Shown here: positions 40,727-52,798 of the stretch, piece after piece
Layout of the letters: each line of letters starts with the position of its first letter
How positions within the stretch are numbered: position 1 is the stretch's first letter
Source of the DNA: Veleropilina oligotropha
Taxonomy: Eukaryota
Length of the DNA stretch: 64,000 nt
Direction: 5' to 3'
NCBI GenBank assembly: GCA_048128005.1
Contig: JBEUKZ010000069.1
Coordinates: 1-64,000 of the forward strand
Notes under the pieces: model-generated
What the model was told of the DNA's origin: nothing
Seen by the model: the letters and a program-made list of their open reading frames with translations, nothing else
Database searches by the model: none
Position numbers and translations under genes: made by a program

Positions 40727-43143
40727 TATTGTTTATCCGTGTGCGCTGTTGTGTTAAGGTTCATGACAGTGACCGGGACATACGCGCCGGTCAAGGCAAT
40801 CGGCGACAGCAGCTGTTTATGTGAAGATACCGCACTTATTTGGCCTACTGGTTCATTATCCACCATAACATTCGGAGATAAAAATATTAGTAGATCTTCG
40901 AGTTCAGAATGAAGATTGTTAATAAAAATAACGATATCATTGCACAATGTGGAACACCTTAACACTTAATTTTAATCGAGAATAGGCAGACGATCAGCGA
41001 CACTTTGGGAAGTGGTGCTCATCTGAAATGGCATACGTATATATATTGTGAATAGTTTAATAGCTAGACCACTGTGTCGTGTTAACATTGATAAATGGAG
41101 TAATTTAGTCCGGATGACTCGATAATCTGAAAAATACAACTATTTTACAATGTTGTATATTTAAATTTAAAGCACCACATTTCTTTGTGTTACGTGTAAA
41201 AATACATGTTGGCATTTAATGACCAGTAGGCCTAACATATTATATCAAGGTTATAAAATGTAAATGTATATATAATTATGAAGATGCTTTATTATACAAA
41301 ATAAACACAAACACCAGATAGTACATATTAAGGCGCACATACATGATGTTATGTGACCTTTATACGAATAAGGTCTGAATATATTATCCCCTTTTAAGCA
41401 GTCATGGAACATTCCAATCAATCGACCCACGATTTTTTAATGACAAATGATGTTTGAACTACAGAAGGTGTGTCATGCATATTAACTGTTAATTACTCGA
41501 ATTTTCTATTTGGACTTGACAGTTCACATGATCCTATTTTGTGACGTTTATGTAAATGAACCAGACCAGACGAACTAAGATTAATCGTAAGGTTAGACTA
41601 TGGTCGATTATTCAATCATTTCGAGAGTAATTTCGTCATACGTCATCGAATTGTAACAGAGCGAACATCGTCGACAGTGGGCGAAGAGTGAACTTTGGTT
41701 CATTCCCACTCAGCCCAAAATTGAAATCCATGTAGTGAAGAACAATAGAATAGACTTTGGGCTCAGTGGGAATTGCAATATAGGGATTAGAGGGGATTTG
41801 GTCGGTGCAGCCTATATGCTATATTGTGTTTCTTAATTCAGCATTTAACATCTATGGTACATTTTGTTGTGAAATTATGTAGTAAAATAAAACGTAAATG
41901 CTTATGTAAATATAATAAGGTTTTTAACAATTCATAAAGATATATCAGCGCTGAACTTATCTGGCATTAACAATGAACACATCGATATATTATGAGAAGT
42001 GCATCAAGTGAGATGCAGTAAATTATGCACATTTCAAACACATTTCAATCTATATTAAAAAAGACATGCTCAATTTTCACCTCATTATAGATAAGTTGTA
42101 ACAAAATGACGACTATCCCCCGCCTATTTTATTGACCGCATCAATGGCGACCTGTATATTTACAACCATCAGGTTCAAAGCAGGACATGTCCATATTATC
42201 ACGGGAGGAAAAGTCTGGTCACCCGGGAAAACCCACAGTCTCCAACCAGTTATGATCAACAGTGATTCATAACTGCACAAATAATGCAAATGTCCCCACC
42301 GAGATCCGAACCCACTATTGTTCGTGCAACCGAAACCACACGACTGTCAGAGCGGCCACGCCAGAAAACAAGACGAATGTTCCCCAAAATCCAATACAAT
42401 TATTTACTGCATATTAATTGCCTGATCTCAGAATGATGCATCACGTTTACAACCTTATCATGCAATTCATTATTATTAGTACCTTATAAACTTTATGAAA
42501 TTCTGCATCAAGTTCAACTGTTGATATTCTGATTCAGCATCAAGTTTAATAGGCAGCGATATTCTACAAAACAATTAGTCAGATAAATAGCAAAACATAG
42601 ACATATTGCATTCCATATATAACTAATTAAAAAGTGCTCAATTTTTCACGTCAACCCACATTAAAAAACATCTGTCGCACGAGATTCAAGTTTATTGCTT
42701 TTAACATGTAGATCTGTAGATCTGTCTTGCTTAATATGTCAGAAATACAGCCAAATTACCTACTTTGAAATACACAACAGCTCCTTAAATTTTAAATATT
42801 AATTTTAAGAGGACACCAAAGCCCATAAGATTAAAACTTGTACACCATGCTGCAATACAACTATTCACAGCGGATTGATTGTTATCATTAAGGATGCATA
42901 AAATATTAATATTCAATCTCTGGATGATCTCGGAAGGAGGACAGCAAGTTTAAAACATAATAATTTATTACTTACTATTAATACCTTACGTAACGTTATG
43001 TTATATGAATTCATCAGTAAGTACTTAGTTGATATTCTGATTCAGCATCTTTTTTAACAGGCAGCGATATTCTACAAAACAATTAATGCGATTGAATAGC
43101 AAAACATCATTAGACTGGTTGACAATTTATCAGTCTCATCGTA

Positions 43144-43222
43144 GTCAGGACGCTTGGTGTCAGGACGCTTGGTGTCAGGATGCTTGGTGTCAGGACGCTT
43201 GGTGTCAGGACGCTTGGCGTCA
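43144..43222. repeat. 15-bp tandem repeat, about 5 copies
   Basis: GTCAGGACGCTTGGT units. Confidence 0.92.
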
Positions 43223-45085
43223 GCCAAAAGCCCGACTTCGATGTCATTGATATATAGGGCATATGCCTGCTATTATTTTTAAGCAGGAGAATAAACTGTC
43301 AATCTAGTCTTAAACTCCGGCCCACCTAATAGCTTCGGTCGATTGTCTGTCACATTAGCCACTGAATAAAAAAAGTAAATATATTACATTGCATATATTA
43401 TTATATGACTATTTTAAATTATATTACTGTAATTTTACCTCTTACCCCATTATTATAGACCTCCTAGTTTTGCAAAACTGAAAAATCATAAAAATATTGG
43501 CATGAATTTCTACATTTATTTCCATAATTAAGAACAATGAGCATGAAATATAAACAAAATTTACTGTATTGATATCTTCAAAGATATATAATTACCTTGT
43601 CCACTAAAACCATACAAATTAAATGATAGAACAGGTGTTAATACTATGATAATAGCTTTAATATCAATCGTGATAATTATATACAATTAATGTTCTTTTT
43701 ATCAGTAGTCTTCAAATCATGATTCTCATTTGACATTCAGATTATAGGATAATGTGAATGTCAAATTTACAAGTTTCTCTTGTTGTTATCTTATCAATAT
43801 AAAAATACACTTAGCTTAGATGAAGCTATTCTCACTGCTACAGTTACTCTCTAGCTAGACATTAGTAAAGACCAAAAGATTACAATAACAAACTTGTGCA
43901 TGTACTAACACTATGTTGCATAACTTTGTAAATTGCAATGATCCAAGTCTTTAAATAAGAGCTGACAAGTTATAAAATTGTCACAATGTTGACATACACA
44001 CAATGCAATCATTTAACCCATGGACCTCGGTACAACACTCACAAAGCAGTGTCTTAATTGTTCAAAAGATTAACAGTCAAGTTGGGTAAAATAATTAAAA
44101 AATAATGTTATTATGCATGATTATGGTTTAGGAAAGCATCAAACACAGTTGACTTGTCAGTTGTGGATATATTTTTTACAAAACTGGCAAATATAATAAC
44201 AAGTAACTATTTAACTTCCCTTCTTTAGGTAACTACAGAATGAGATGATTAGTTTTTGTCTAAATATACTATTAAATATAACAATGGTTTACCAATATTT
44301 TTACAAAACAACACAAGAAAGTATTCGACGAGATGTTTTATATAGGCTCTGTCCTATTACACAATCGTCACACTATTATCAATACATATATTCTAGAAAT
44401 TCATTACTAACTAAACTTCATTTTTTATGTATAATTATGTATGTATATATCCAACGCATTTATCAATAAAATATTGTCAATCAATCAATAAATCGTTTTT
44501 TCTTCGAAATGATTAAATATTGATATTCATCTTTAGGTAATAAAAGTTAAAACAATATTACAACCAATACAAAAGTTTATTGGCTATTACTTAAGTGTCA
44601 ATTATTTCCCAATTAATTGATGCTAGGGGTATAGATAATATTGTCCTAGTAAATTATATTACTTCTTGCAGCAGCTTAGTTATCAAACTGCAAGGCTACT
44701 TTGTTGCATTATTTCTTTCGAGACTATATGCGTTGGACAAAATGATAATTATGATGACATTGCACAGGTTAGATTGCCTATAAATAGATATATCATCAGC
44801 TTGATGCTTTAATGGTCCAAACTAGACTATTGCCCGTAAATGCGCTCTTTTCGTGACTGTGTAGCATCACTGATCACCCTCTATCGCACGGTTTGCGCAG
44901 ATTGATACACAGTTCGCGAAGATATGATCGAATGAGACTTTTATTGAAATTATTATTGTAACTGGGCAATATATGTTATTGTCAATTAGAAAGCTGTCGT
45001 ACTTGACGAACAGAAACTCGCGCAACTGGGGTCAACTAGGTCAATTGGCACATGTTTAGGCGGTGTGTCCGGTGGTTTTAGACCA

Positions 45086-45313
45086 GGAGGAATTATGCGT
45101 AATGTCCTGTATATTTATAACATCGAGGTTCAAGGCAGGACATGTCCGTGTTATCGCGGGAGGAAACCCCGGTCGCCGGGTAAACCCGCCCTCTTCGGCC
45201 AGTCATGGACAACTGTGCTTCATAACTTGAACAAATGTGTGCTGCCTCAGCCGGGGGTCGATCCCACTACTGTTCGCGTCAGAGGAAACAAGCCAGTGAA
45301 TTTAGAGTGGACA
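45086..45313 (-). mobile_element. 5'-truncated SINE with 12-bp TSD, near-identical to 24367-24629
   Basis: GGTTTTAGACCA at 45074-45085 and 45314-45325. Confidence 0.88.
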
Positions 45314-46627
45314 GGTTTTAGACCAACCGTGTTGTGATCTTTCATTATTATTAGGCAATACAAAAATTATTTTGACATAAATACAGTTATCAGTTCAGGG
45401 AATGCCCAGGTTCATCAGCTGTGGTCATCAAATCAAATTCAAAATTCAACTTGAACATATCATATCTGTCCACTTAATCCATGATGACATTATTATACCG
45501 TCATTATATGAACCAACATAATTGTATTACCTGTTGTCTTTTTATAATCATATGTGATTGTGTGCTGCAAGTCTTGTATACAATATATTGTGCCTTGGCA
45601 GTACCAATGAAATGAAACAACTTAGTACTTCATAGTCACACACCGCTTAAAATAGGCCCAAAGTCTAATATCATAATTTTACTGTAATAAATATTAAATG
45701 TATATATAAATAATATATACTTAAGTTATGTCAGTCTATTATTAGATTTCTTTATACAAGAATATTGCTAATTTTAATCTGGTTAGTCACCCATCAATCT
45801 ATATAAAAACTTTAAAAATAGTCACATCGGGACTTTCAGTAAGAAATCATGAGGGTAGTTTATGGTTAATTTATCATTTGATATTATTAAAACAATGTAA
45901 TGGAAGAATGTCAGCTGGGTCAAGTACTTGGTACTAAACATTGTATTGCAGACAGGTAAAAACGCCCATGCAGTACCCGCCTATTATTGACAGCCCGGTT
46001 ACATAAATGGAAATGTGATCTTCATGTATTACTGGCAAAATATTTACAGCATCTGATTTAATAGGAATTGTGTTGTTATTAGCAACATAATTCCTCGTGT
46101 CTAACATGATTACAAACATGACAGACATTTGTAAGTCTTCATTTTAACATTTGATGTATACCGGTACGCATAATAACACCCAATAACCAGATAACGGGAG
46201 CATTGTCGTTCGAAATGTCCTGCCAAACATTTATATATGCGAGATAGAAAGAGAGGCTTATATTTAAAGTTGGTTGTCACCGGTCACCGTGTAAATAAGT
46301 CCAAGTACACCAGAACGGGTAATAATGCATTGACGCTGTGTAATCATGAAATTGAATGGTTGATAATGGTCCTGGGTGCTGACAGAGATTGACTGTGACA
46401 GTGTCCTGGGATATTGTTTAGGTCCATAAATATATGACTGACATGTATGTCAAAGTTATCTTGTATATAAAGATATTAGCCAGATAAAGTATTAATTATG
46501 ATAGCAAATAAACCAAATGATTTATTCAATTTGTGTTCATTTGACATTCAATGACTGTAGAATAGATACTTGTGTCATGACAAATGAAGTGATATGATTG
46601 TTACCATCATTCAGTTTCTAAATGTAA

Positions 46628-46873
46628 AAAGGAAACGATCGATGCTTAATGTCCTGTATATTTCCAACCATTATTTGGTTCAAAGCAGGACATGTCCGTA
46701 TTATCGCGAGAAACCCGCCCTCTACGACCAGTTATGGACAACTGTGATTCATAACTTGAACAAATGTTTGCTGCCCCAGCCGAGGTTTGAACCCACTACT
46801 GTTCACATTAGCGGAATCAAGTCGGTGATTTTTTGGAGTCCACAACCGATACCACACAGCTATCGAAGCGGCC
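46628..46873 (-). mobile_element. SINE, older copy of the same family; others at ~9870-10025, 14945-15135, 35625-35840, 42155-42357, 46975-47165, 58745-58910
   Basis: Shared GGTTCAAAGCAGGACATGTCC and GAAACCCGCCCTCT blocks. Confidence 0.75.
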
Positions 46874-48209
46874 TTTTTTCTAAATGTACACTTAGTTCTT
46901 ATGTATAAACATCAATGGGCTCCTGAGTCCTCACTCCGGGTAGTCTTGTGATCTAGATTGCAGACTCAGAAATAACAGGAATGGGTTTGAATCTCGTTGG
47001 GCACTGGAATTTTTTATTCAGTTATCGATCGCAGAACTTTGTTCGTAACTAGCCGCAGAGGGTGGGTTTCCAAGGTGACCAGGCTGTCCGTACATTATAA
47101 TATGAAAATGGCCTGGTTTAAACCTGAAGGTTGTAAATATACATAACAGGACATGAAGCATTGATATAAATATCAATTATTTTCATGCCCAGCGACTTGA
47201 GGCGGATGGATAATATAGCAACTGCAGTCAGCAAATACTGCAGGTATCCACCATATATGTCATCATGATGGCCCTTGGAAGATTACATATTTCAGATGGA
47301 TGATCATGATCTAGTTTTCAAGGTCACATAATTATGCTATCCTTGTCATATCTATTTATTATTAAAATTCAGTTATGAGCATTGCAAATGAATATGTAAA
47401 TTGCTGATCATGTTTTTCCTAATTCAAAATGCTGCAAACACATAAATATCTAGTTTAAATTATGTAACCCAGTCCATGTTGCAGATCATAGATGCTGCAT
47501 CCCATATTTATGTTCCTTGCAGTGCAAATTAAGCAATAAGAGTAATCTTAATAAGAATAATTTTAATGCAGCAACAACAAACATAATTCTAAGCACTTGC
47601 AGCATTTGAGGTACTTTGAATGATTTGTTACTCATTGCAGCGCGGATTATGCACAACAAGCAAATTTCTATCTCTTTGCAGCGCAGGTTAGGCACATCAT
47701 ATAAATAATCATCTCATTACAGCACAACTAAGGTATATTTTTGTTTGTGAAAAGATTTTACAGTGCAGAAAAGGCGCATAGCTGAAAATGGCATCACACT
47801 TTAGGCACAATTGATTTTCGCGCAAGGCATTGCAGCACGATTGCAGTACATGTTATGATTGCACTGCACATAAAGCGCGCGCTGCTTTTCTGTAAGGGAT
47901 ATGAACTTTATTGTTGAATCACAATGACTGGACACCAATTTATGAATATGTTGGCACGCTTTCTCTGAGAACTCTGAAGGTCGTATTTGTTACAATTCTT
48001 AGTGTATGTTACGTATTGGTAAGCGACTGATCGGCCATAGGCACCGTTCTACACATTTTGTACGTTATCCTATATGATTTGTATTTTGCTATATTGTTAT
48101 ATTTATTGTCTATAAGTTGGGTGAATTGTAAACGCAAAATCGCTTGCATCAGTCATAGTTCGTGGTTTGCACTTACTTGTGTTGTCAACATGGACCTGAA
48201 TTTTTTTTA

Positions 48210-48799
48210 TTAATGAGCTAATTGATCAAATATCTTCCGCTATTGATAATAATGAATTTACTATTGGTGTATTTGTAGACCTTTCCAAAGCATTTGACAC
48301 GTTAGATCACAAAATAATGACAGACAAGCTATCCTACTATGGAGTCCGCGGAATGCCACTCCAATGGTTTCAATGTTATTTAAATAACCGTAAGCAATTT
48401 GTCACAATCGGTAATAGCACCTCAAACTTTCAAACGGTATCATGCGGGGTACCCCAAGGGTCTATACTTGGCCCATTATTATTCATTATCTATATTAATG
48501 ATCTTGCAAATACATCAAAGATATTGAAATTCATACTTTTTGCAGACGACACTAATATATTTTTTACACACAAATCATTGCAAACAGTAATAGATACCGT
48601 AAACACAGAACTAAACATGTGAGCAGATGGTTTCAAATAAACAAATTGTCGCTCAATATTAAAAAAACTAATTTCATTATATTTTGTAATAAATCCAAAA
48701 AATATAAAAAAGATGAAGCTATTGTTGTTATCCAAAATGCCACTATAGAACAAGTAAACTATACAAAATTTTTAGGTGTAACATTAGACACAAACCTAA
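48210..48799 (+). pseudogene. LINE reverse-transcriptase fragment (CR1/L2/Crack group), cut by the viral insertion
   Basis: GVFVDLSKAFDTLDH, GVPQGSILGPLLFIIYIND, LFADDT, KLSLNIKKT, KFLGVTLDTNL; frameshift at ~48618; ends abruptly at 48799. Confidence 0.92.
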
Positions 48800-49494
48800 A
48801 GCAGCAGCAGGGGGGTTGGTTGGACTTTTTAGAATGGAAAAATAAGGCTCCCAGCACTATTTCATAACTGAGCTGGTAGTACTGGGGGGGGGACTAGGGG
48901 GTTTAGACTAGGGGCCCGGGGCGGCCGTGGGGGCTCCCAGCCCTATTCCACACCCCAGGGTAGGGATTGTATTACAAAAAGTCACCGTGTGTACACAGCG
49001 CTGTCCTGAACTAGGGTAGCTTAGAATGGGAAAATAAGGCTCCCAGCACCCATTCCGACCCAACGTAAACTATATAGAGCCCCAGGGATGTTCCTGGGGG
49101 TTAAATTATAACACTTACCTATGCTCGCCGGCTCCTGTATGTTAATAGCTGTAACGTTATACCAGAAAGTATTGTTTGCGGTTATGAATGGACGGCATGA
49201 ATAGACTCAGCACAATAGCTCGTGGTGGTAAGGCAGTGGGCAATGAATAGCATACCATAACTCCATGAATACGGGACCAAACAAAAGCAGACGGGCGAGC
49301 GGCTTATGAATAGACTCGCACAATAGCGTGCATCAAACGGATTCCCTCGATTGAATGATATTGCACAGTGAATGGATAAAATTATTCGTTTCTGGTTATG
49401 GCAACCTTATAAACAATTATTCGGGATTTAATCGGCTTTACAATATATCTAGAGTGTCGTAGGTTTCATTTAAATTAAAACACTTACCTGTGGA

Positions 49495-50028
49495 TATTTC
49501 GGATCCTCTCTTTAGTTTTTATCATGTTTTGGTACTTAGTGTCCCTGCGGTTTTTGGCTATAGCCAGTTCAAGTCTCTGCACCGCAGCCAAGTCGTCAAA
49601 ACAGATTTTTTCAAGCCAATACCTTGGTCATCAGCCATTTCGGCCTGTGAGGCCTCGTCAGAGTATCTACCAGATACTGATGGCCCCGACTGACCAAGTT
49701 ATGGTGGTGTGTCGGGTGCCTAGTTCTGTTGTTACGTTTGCCTATTCGTCGTCCTTCAGTAGGTTTTGCAGCCTGCGTACATCTGCGGCTGCTGCATCAT
49801 GGGCAATTTCAAGCTCACGGAGTTTTTCGAGCATCTTCTTCATTCTCCACTTGGCTATTTTCATGTTTTGGTATAATTTGTCCCTTCGATTTTTGGTTCG
49901 GGCCAGTTCCAGTCTTGTCGTATTTTCGATACCTGATTATCGGCGGCTTCTTCATAAAGAAAGTTCTCTACAAAACCACGTTGTCGATCCATTGTCAAAC
50001 TAAGTAGATCTGTTGTAATGCTATCCAT
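49495..50028 (-). pseudogene. Decayed viral coiled-coil ORF(s) with an internally duplicated module
   Basis: RLELARTKNRRDKLYQNMK and RLELAIAKNRRDTKYQNMI; TATA-like CTATATAAG about 30 bp upstream of ATG 50028; strong donor-like CAG|GTAAGT at ~49494; stops and frameshift. Confidence 0.45.
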
Positions 50029-50527
50029 CTGTATGTGACTCGATACGTTATGCGGAGCTTATATAGTTTCTCTTATGCGTTATACGGCCTTCTAGATCAA
50101 TTCATTGACGTATACATAAAATTTCCACGTACCCATCATCCCCTAATATACAGCTTCGAGAATGATTAGAGATGTCTGATCATTCTAGAATCTTATTGCC
50201 ACGTGACGATGACTCCACAAGAAAACTGTAACGACGTAAACAAGGTTACAAAATCTTTTTTCTGTGCTAACCGGAAGTTTGGTTACAACAATATTTTATC
50301 TGGGCCAAATCTTTTTATATCTGGGTCGACCTCACCGAGTATGCATTGACAGTGTGAAATTTCTGCGTCAAACAAAATGCGATTCGCCTAATACTACACA
50401 CGACCAAGGTAACCATGGGCACTGTTCGCATAGGTATTCAACGCAAACAATACCTATTGATGCGAAGGTATTTCATTCATAAATCGGACAATAGGTCGCT
50501 CTCGTCGACCTGAAAAATATTTATATA

Positions 50528-50567
50528 AACAGCTGTGACCTGAAAAATATGTTAGGTCACAGCTGTT
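50528..50567. terminator. 14-bp perfect hairpin overlapping the stop codon of the last gene in the minus-strand viral cluster (function inferred)
   Basis: AACAGCTGTGACCT-N12-AGGTCACAGCTGTT. Confidence 0.4.
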
Positions 50568-50976
50568 ATATGAATATGTAATTCCCGCTGGCCAGCGTGC
50601 AGTTGCATGGCGAGTGATGCCCTATCTGCCTCCACGAACCCCTGCAGCCCGTAGATAACATGGAGAAGTAATGCCCACGTTTACCGTGACATAAGGACGG
50701 CTCAGCGCACTCAATACACACAACGATATTAGGATCTGGGCCACAATCGTTCTCTCCATCGGTAATGAAATAGTGACATGACGGTGGCCGCACTGGATGT
50801 GGGTCTCGTAGCAAGTTTCTTCGCAAGTGATCGAATCGGGGGTTATACAGGGGGTCGTTGCGGTACCTAGCCCATGTGTGTTCGAGAATTAATGCGTCGT
50901 CGCGTGTCGACGCCTGGGTGGAGACACCCCCTAGCCAGCACACCGCGGCAATGCACAGAAGTAGCATGGATTTCAT
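50566..50976 (-). CDS. Secreted Cys-rich viral protein (136 aa), putative cystine-knot cytokine-like
   Basis: Signal peptide MKSMLLLCIAAVCWLGGVSTQA; pro-region with RR; C-terminal domain with 8 Cys ending PCNCT; open and co-oriented with the viral cluster. Confidence 0.65.
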   Translation of the reverse strand: MKSMLLLCIAAVCWLGGVSTQASTRDDALILEHTWARYRNDPLYNPRFDHLRRNLLRDPHPVRPPSCHYFITDGENDCGPDPNIVVCIECAEPSLCHGKRGHYFSMLSTGCRGSWRQIGHHSPCNCTLASGNYIFI

Positions 50977-51058
50977 GGTTGTCCAGATATCACTGTCCAG
51001 TTCAAGCTTTAATACGGGGGAGGGGGGTCCCCACACACCCCACGTTCAACCTGGATAG

Positions 51059-51691
51059 TTAGTCGCCAGCTCCGATTTTTTTCAGCAGCTCTGCGCGACC
51101 CTCTTTACGACCACGCTCAATAAGCTCGCTTTGGGTCTGTGAAATCGCGGTGTGCGCTTTTGTACTCTTGAGACGCAGGGCGGCTTTCAATGTCATATAC
51201 TTTTCCATCTCCCCTGTGACCATTTGGAATTCATCATCAGACATCACCCCGTCCGCTAAGGCCTTTGAGACGTGGTCATTTATGGTATTCAGCTTGCTTT
51301 CGGCCAGTACTCTTTTCTCGTCGTGTTTCTTAGCCTTCACTTGGAGGCGGCGGGAAATGTACTTCCCACCCATACTTGCGAGCCCGCACCCCAATGCCGC
51401 TAACTCCAGCACTAGGACCACCGGGGCCGCAACGATTGTGGACAGTAGACCAATGCCAGCGCTACCCATACCAAGGGTCGCCACGACAAGGGCCGAGTCG
51501 ATCCCGTCAACGACATTAACGCCTCGGCGGTATTTTTTATACAGTGCAGCCCGTGTGTCTCTTTCTCGTTCTAGCTGTCCCTGAAGCTCATTCACTTTCT
51601 GTAGTCGGAAAGACTGTGCCTCCGGCAGTTCCGAAGGCACATCGCCACTAAGTTGTTGGTACAGCGTTGGCGCTGATGGTTTGTTGTCCAT
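51059..51691 (-). CDS. Conserved Polinton/adintovirus hydrophobic-hairpin protein (210 aa; possibly the 'gasdermin-X'-type family)
   Basis: LYQQL..QSFRLQKV..., a central Gly/Ala-rich double hydrophobic segment, and KKHD...LAESKLNTI..VSKALADG.MSDDEF, as I recall from Polinton-type elements. Confidence 0.7.
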   Translation of the reverse strand: MDNKPSAPTLYQQLSGDVPSELPEAQSFRLQKVNELQGQLERERDTRAALYKKYRRGVNVVDGIDSALVVATLGMGSAGIGLLSTIVAAPVVLVLELAALGCGLASMGGKYISRRLQVKAKKHDEKRVLAESKLNTINDHVSKALADGVMSDDEFQMVTGEMEKYMTLKAALRLKSTKAHTAISQTQSELIERGRKEGRAELLKKIGAGD

Positions 51692-52060
51692 TACACGTGG
51701 CTGTACTGTTCAGCCTGTTGATTCCACATGTCTACCGTTACGTTCAAATACATGGTGCCTACCCACGGGGCCTTGACGACGAAGGCGAGGGTCAACCTGT
51801 CCGAATTCAGGCCAAGCGTACTTATGGAACATGCTTTGGGGCCCCCGGCGGGCTGGACCGGCGTCATGTGGATCATTAGAAGGGCTAGGTTTAACCCGAA
51901 CCGACCTCCAGTGTTTGGAATCGTGAACTCCCTCTTCGCCAGCCCCTTCTTGGGCGCTTCCCCAGAATTAAGAACGAAGTGCCACCGGGTCGTGGAAGAG
52001 GGCTCATCTGCAAGCAGGGGGGGGGAGGGGGGGAAGGGTCCCATATATGCTGGTGCTCAT
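51691..52060 (-). CDS. Small viral ORF, beta-rich, unknown function. Open from ATG 52044; the true start may be ATG 52060 with an indel in the G-runs
   Basis: Fills the gap between the penton-like and 210-aa genes exactly; its stop overlaps the next ATG. Confidence 0.5.
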
Positions 52061-52791
52061 TGAATCGCAAGGACTGCGGTAATGGGCATGCCGTGATTGT
52101 CGATCGGGTTACCATCTGCATCTGTGACGTACACCTTCAACGCTGTGATAATCCCGGCCTGTAGTCGCCGGCCGGCGGGATGTCTATGATAGTGGCCAGC
52201 CTCACCGAGCATCTGCGACGTGATAGGGACCACCGCGAGAATATTACTCGGGGCTCCGTCCTTCACATTGTGTGTCGTACTGAGCTGTTCCAGGTGAACG
52301 TGTAGGGTCGGCGCTATGGCAAACCCGACAGGCTTGTTCCCGTCATAAGTCCCAGGGCGTAGCCACTCGGATCTCTCCGGAGGGGGAGGTCGGCCCCGTA
52401 TTCCAATGGGTGGGTTCAGATTCCCCGATTTATCGAGAATGAACGAAGAAAGGTCTATGCCGAGGAGTTTTCGTATATCGTCGCTTATCGCGAGTCGGGT
52501 CCCCTCTGGGACCACGATTCGGGCGAGTCCCGTAGCATGGCTTACATCTATCTGTATGTTAACTAGCGACCTCTTCATCGTCTTGGCGAGGTCATCGAAG
52601 CTGTAGAAACCTGGCGGCACCTCAACCGTGGTATCGGGGGTCTTAAAGAAGGCTCCGGCGTGCACGTTGTGCCAGCCGACCCAATAGTCGAGCGACTGCA
52701 AGCTGACACATAGCTTGCCCTCCCGGTTATCAATCGGTTGAAGGAGGGCAACCGCGGTCCCCTCTTGAACACTCGTTAATGTGTAGAACAT
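52057..52791 (-). CDS. Minor capsid protein (penton, single jelly roll) of a Polinton-like virus, 244 aa
   Basis: VSLQSL, VEVPPGFYS, LHVHLEQL...DG.PSNILAVVP and L..G.I..LKVYVTDADGNPIDNHGMPITAVLAI match the Polinton/PLV penton pattern. Confidence 0.78.
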   Translation of the reverse strand: MFYTLTSVQEGTAVALLQPIDNREGKLCVSLQSLDYWVGWHNVHAGAFFKTPDTTVEVPPGFYSFDDLAKTMKRSLVNIQIDVSHATGLARIVVPEGTRLAISDDIRKLLGIDLSSFILDKSGNLNPPIGIRGRPPPPERSEWLRPGTYDGNKPVGFAIAPTLHVHLEQLSTTHNVKDGAPSNILAVVPITSQMLGEAGHYHRHPAGRRLQAGIITALKVYVTDADGNPIDNHGMPITAVLAIQ

Positions 52792-52798
52792 AGTAGCT

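Noticed and set aside
40699..40965. Possible host exon (88-aa ORF)
   Set aside because: No recognisable domain, no partner exons, and its end overlaps a repeat terminus
45930..46240. Possible decayed transposase C-terminus on the minus strand
   Set aside because: Only a vague CxxC resemblance across broken frames; not supportable
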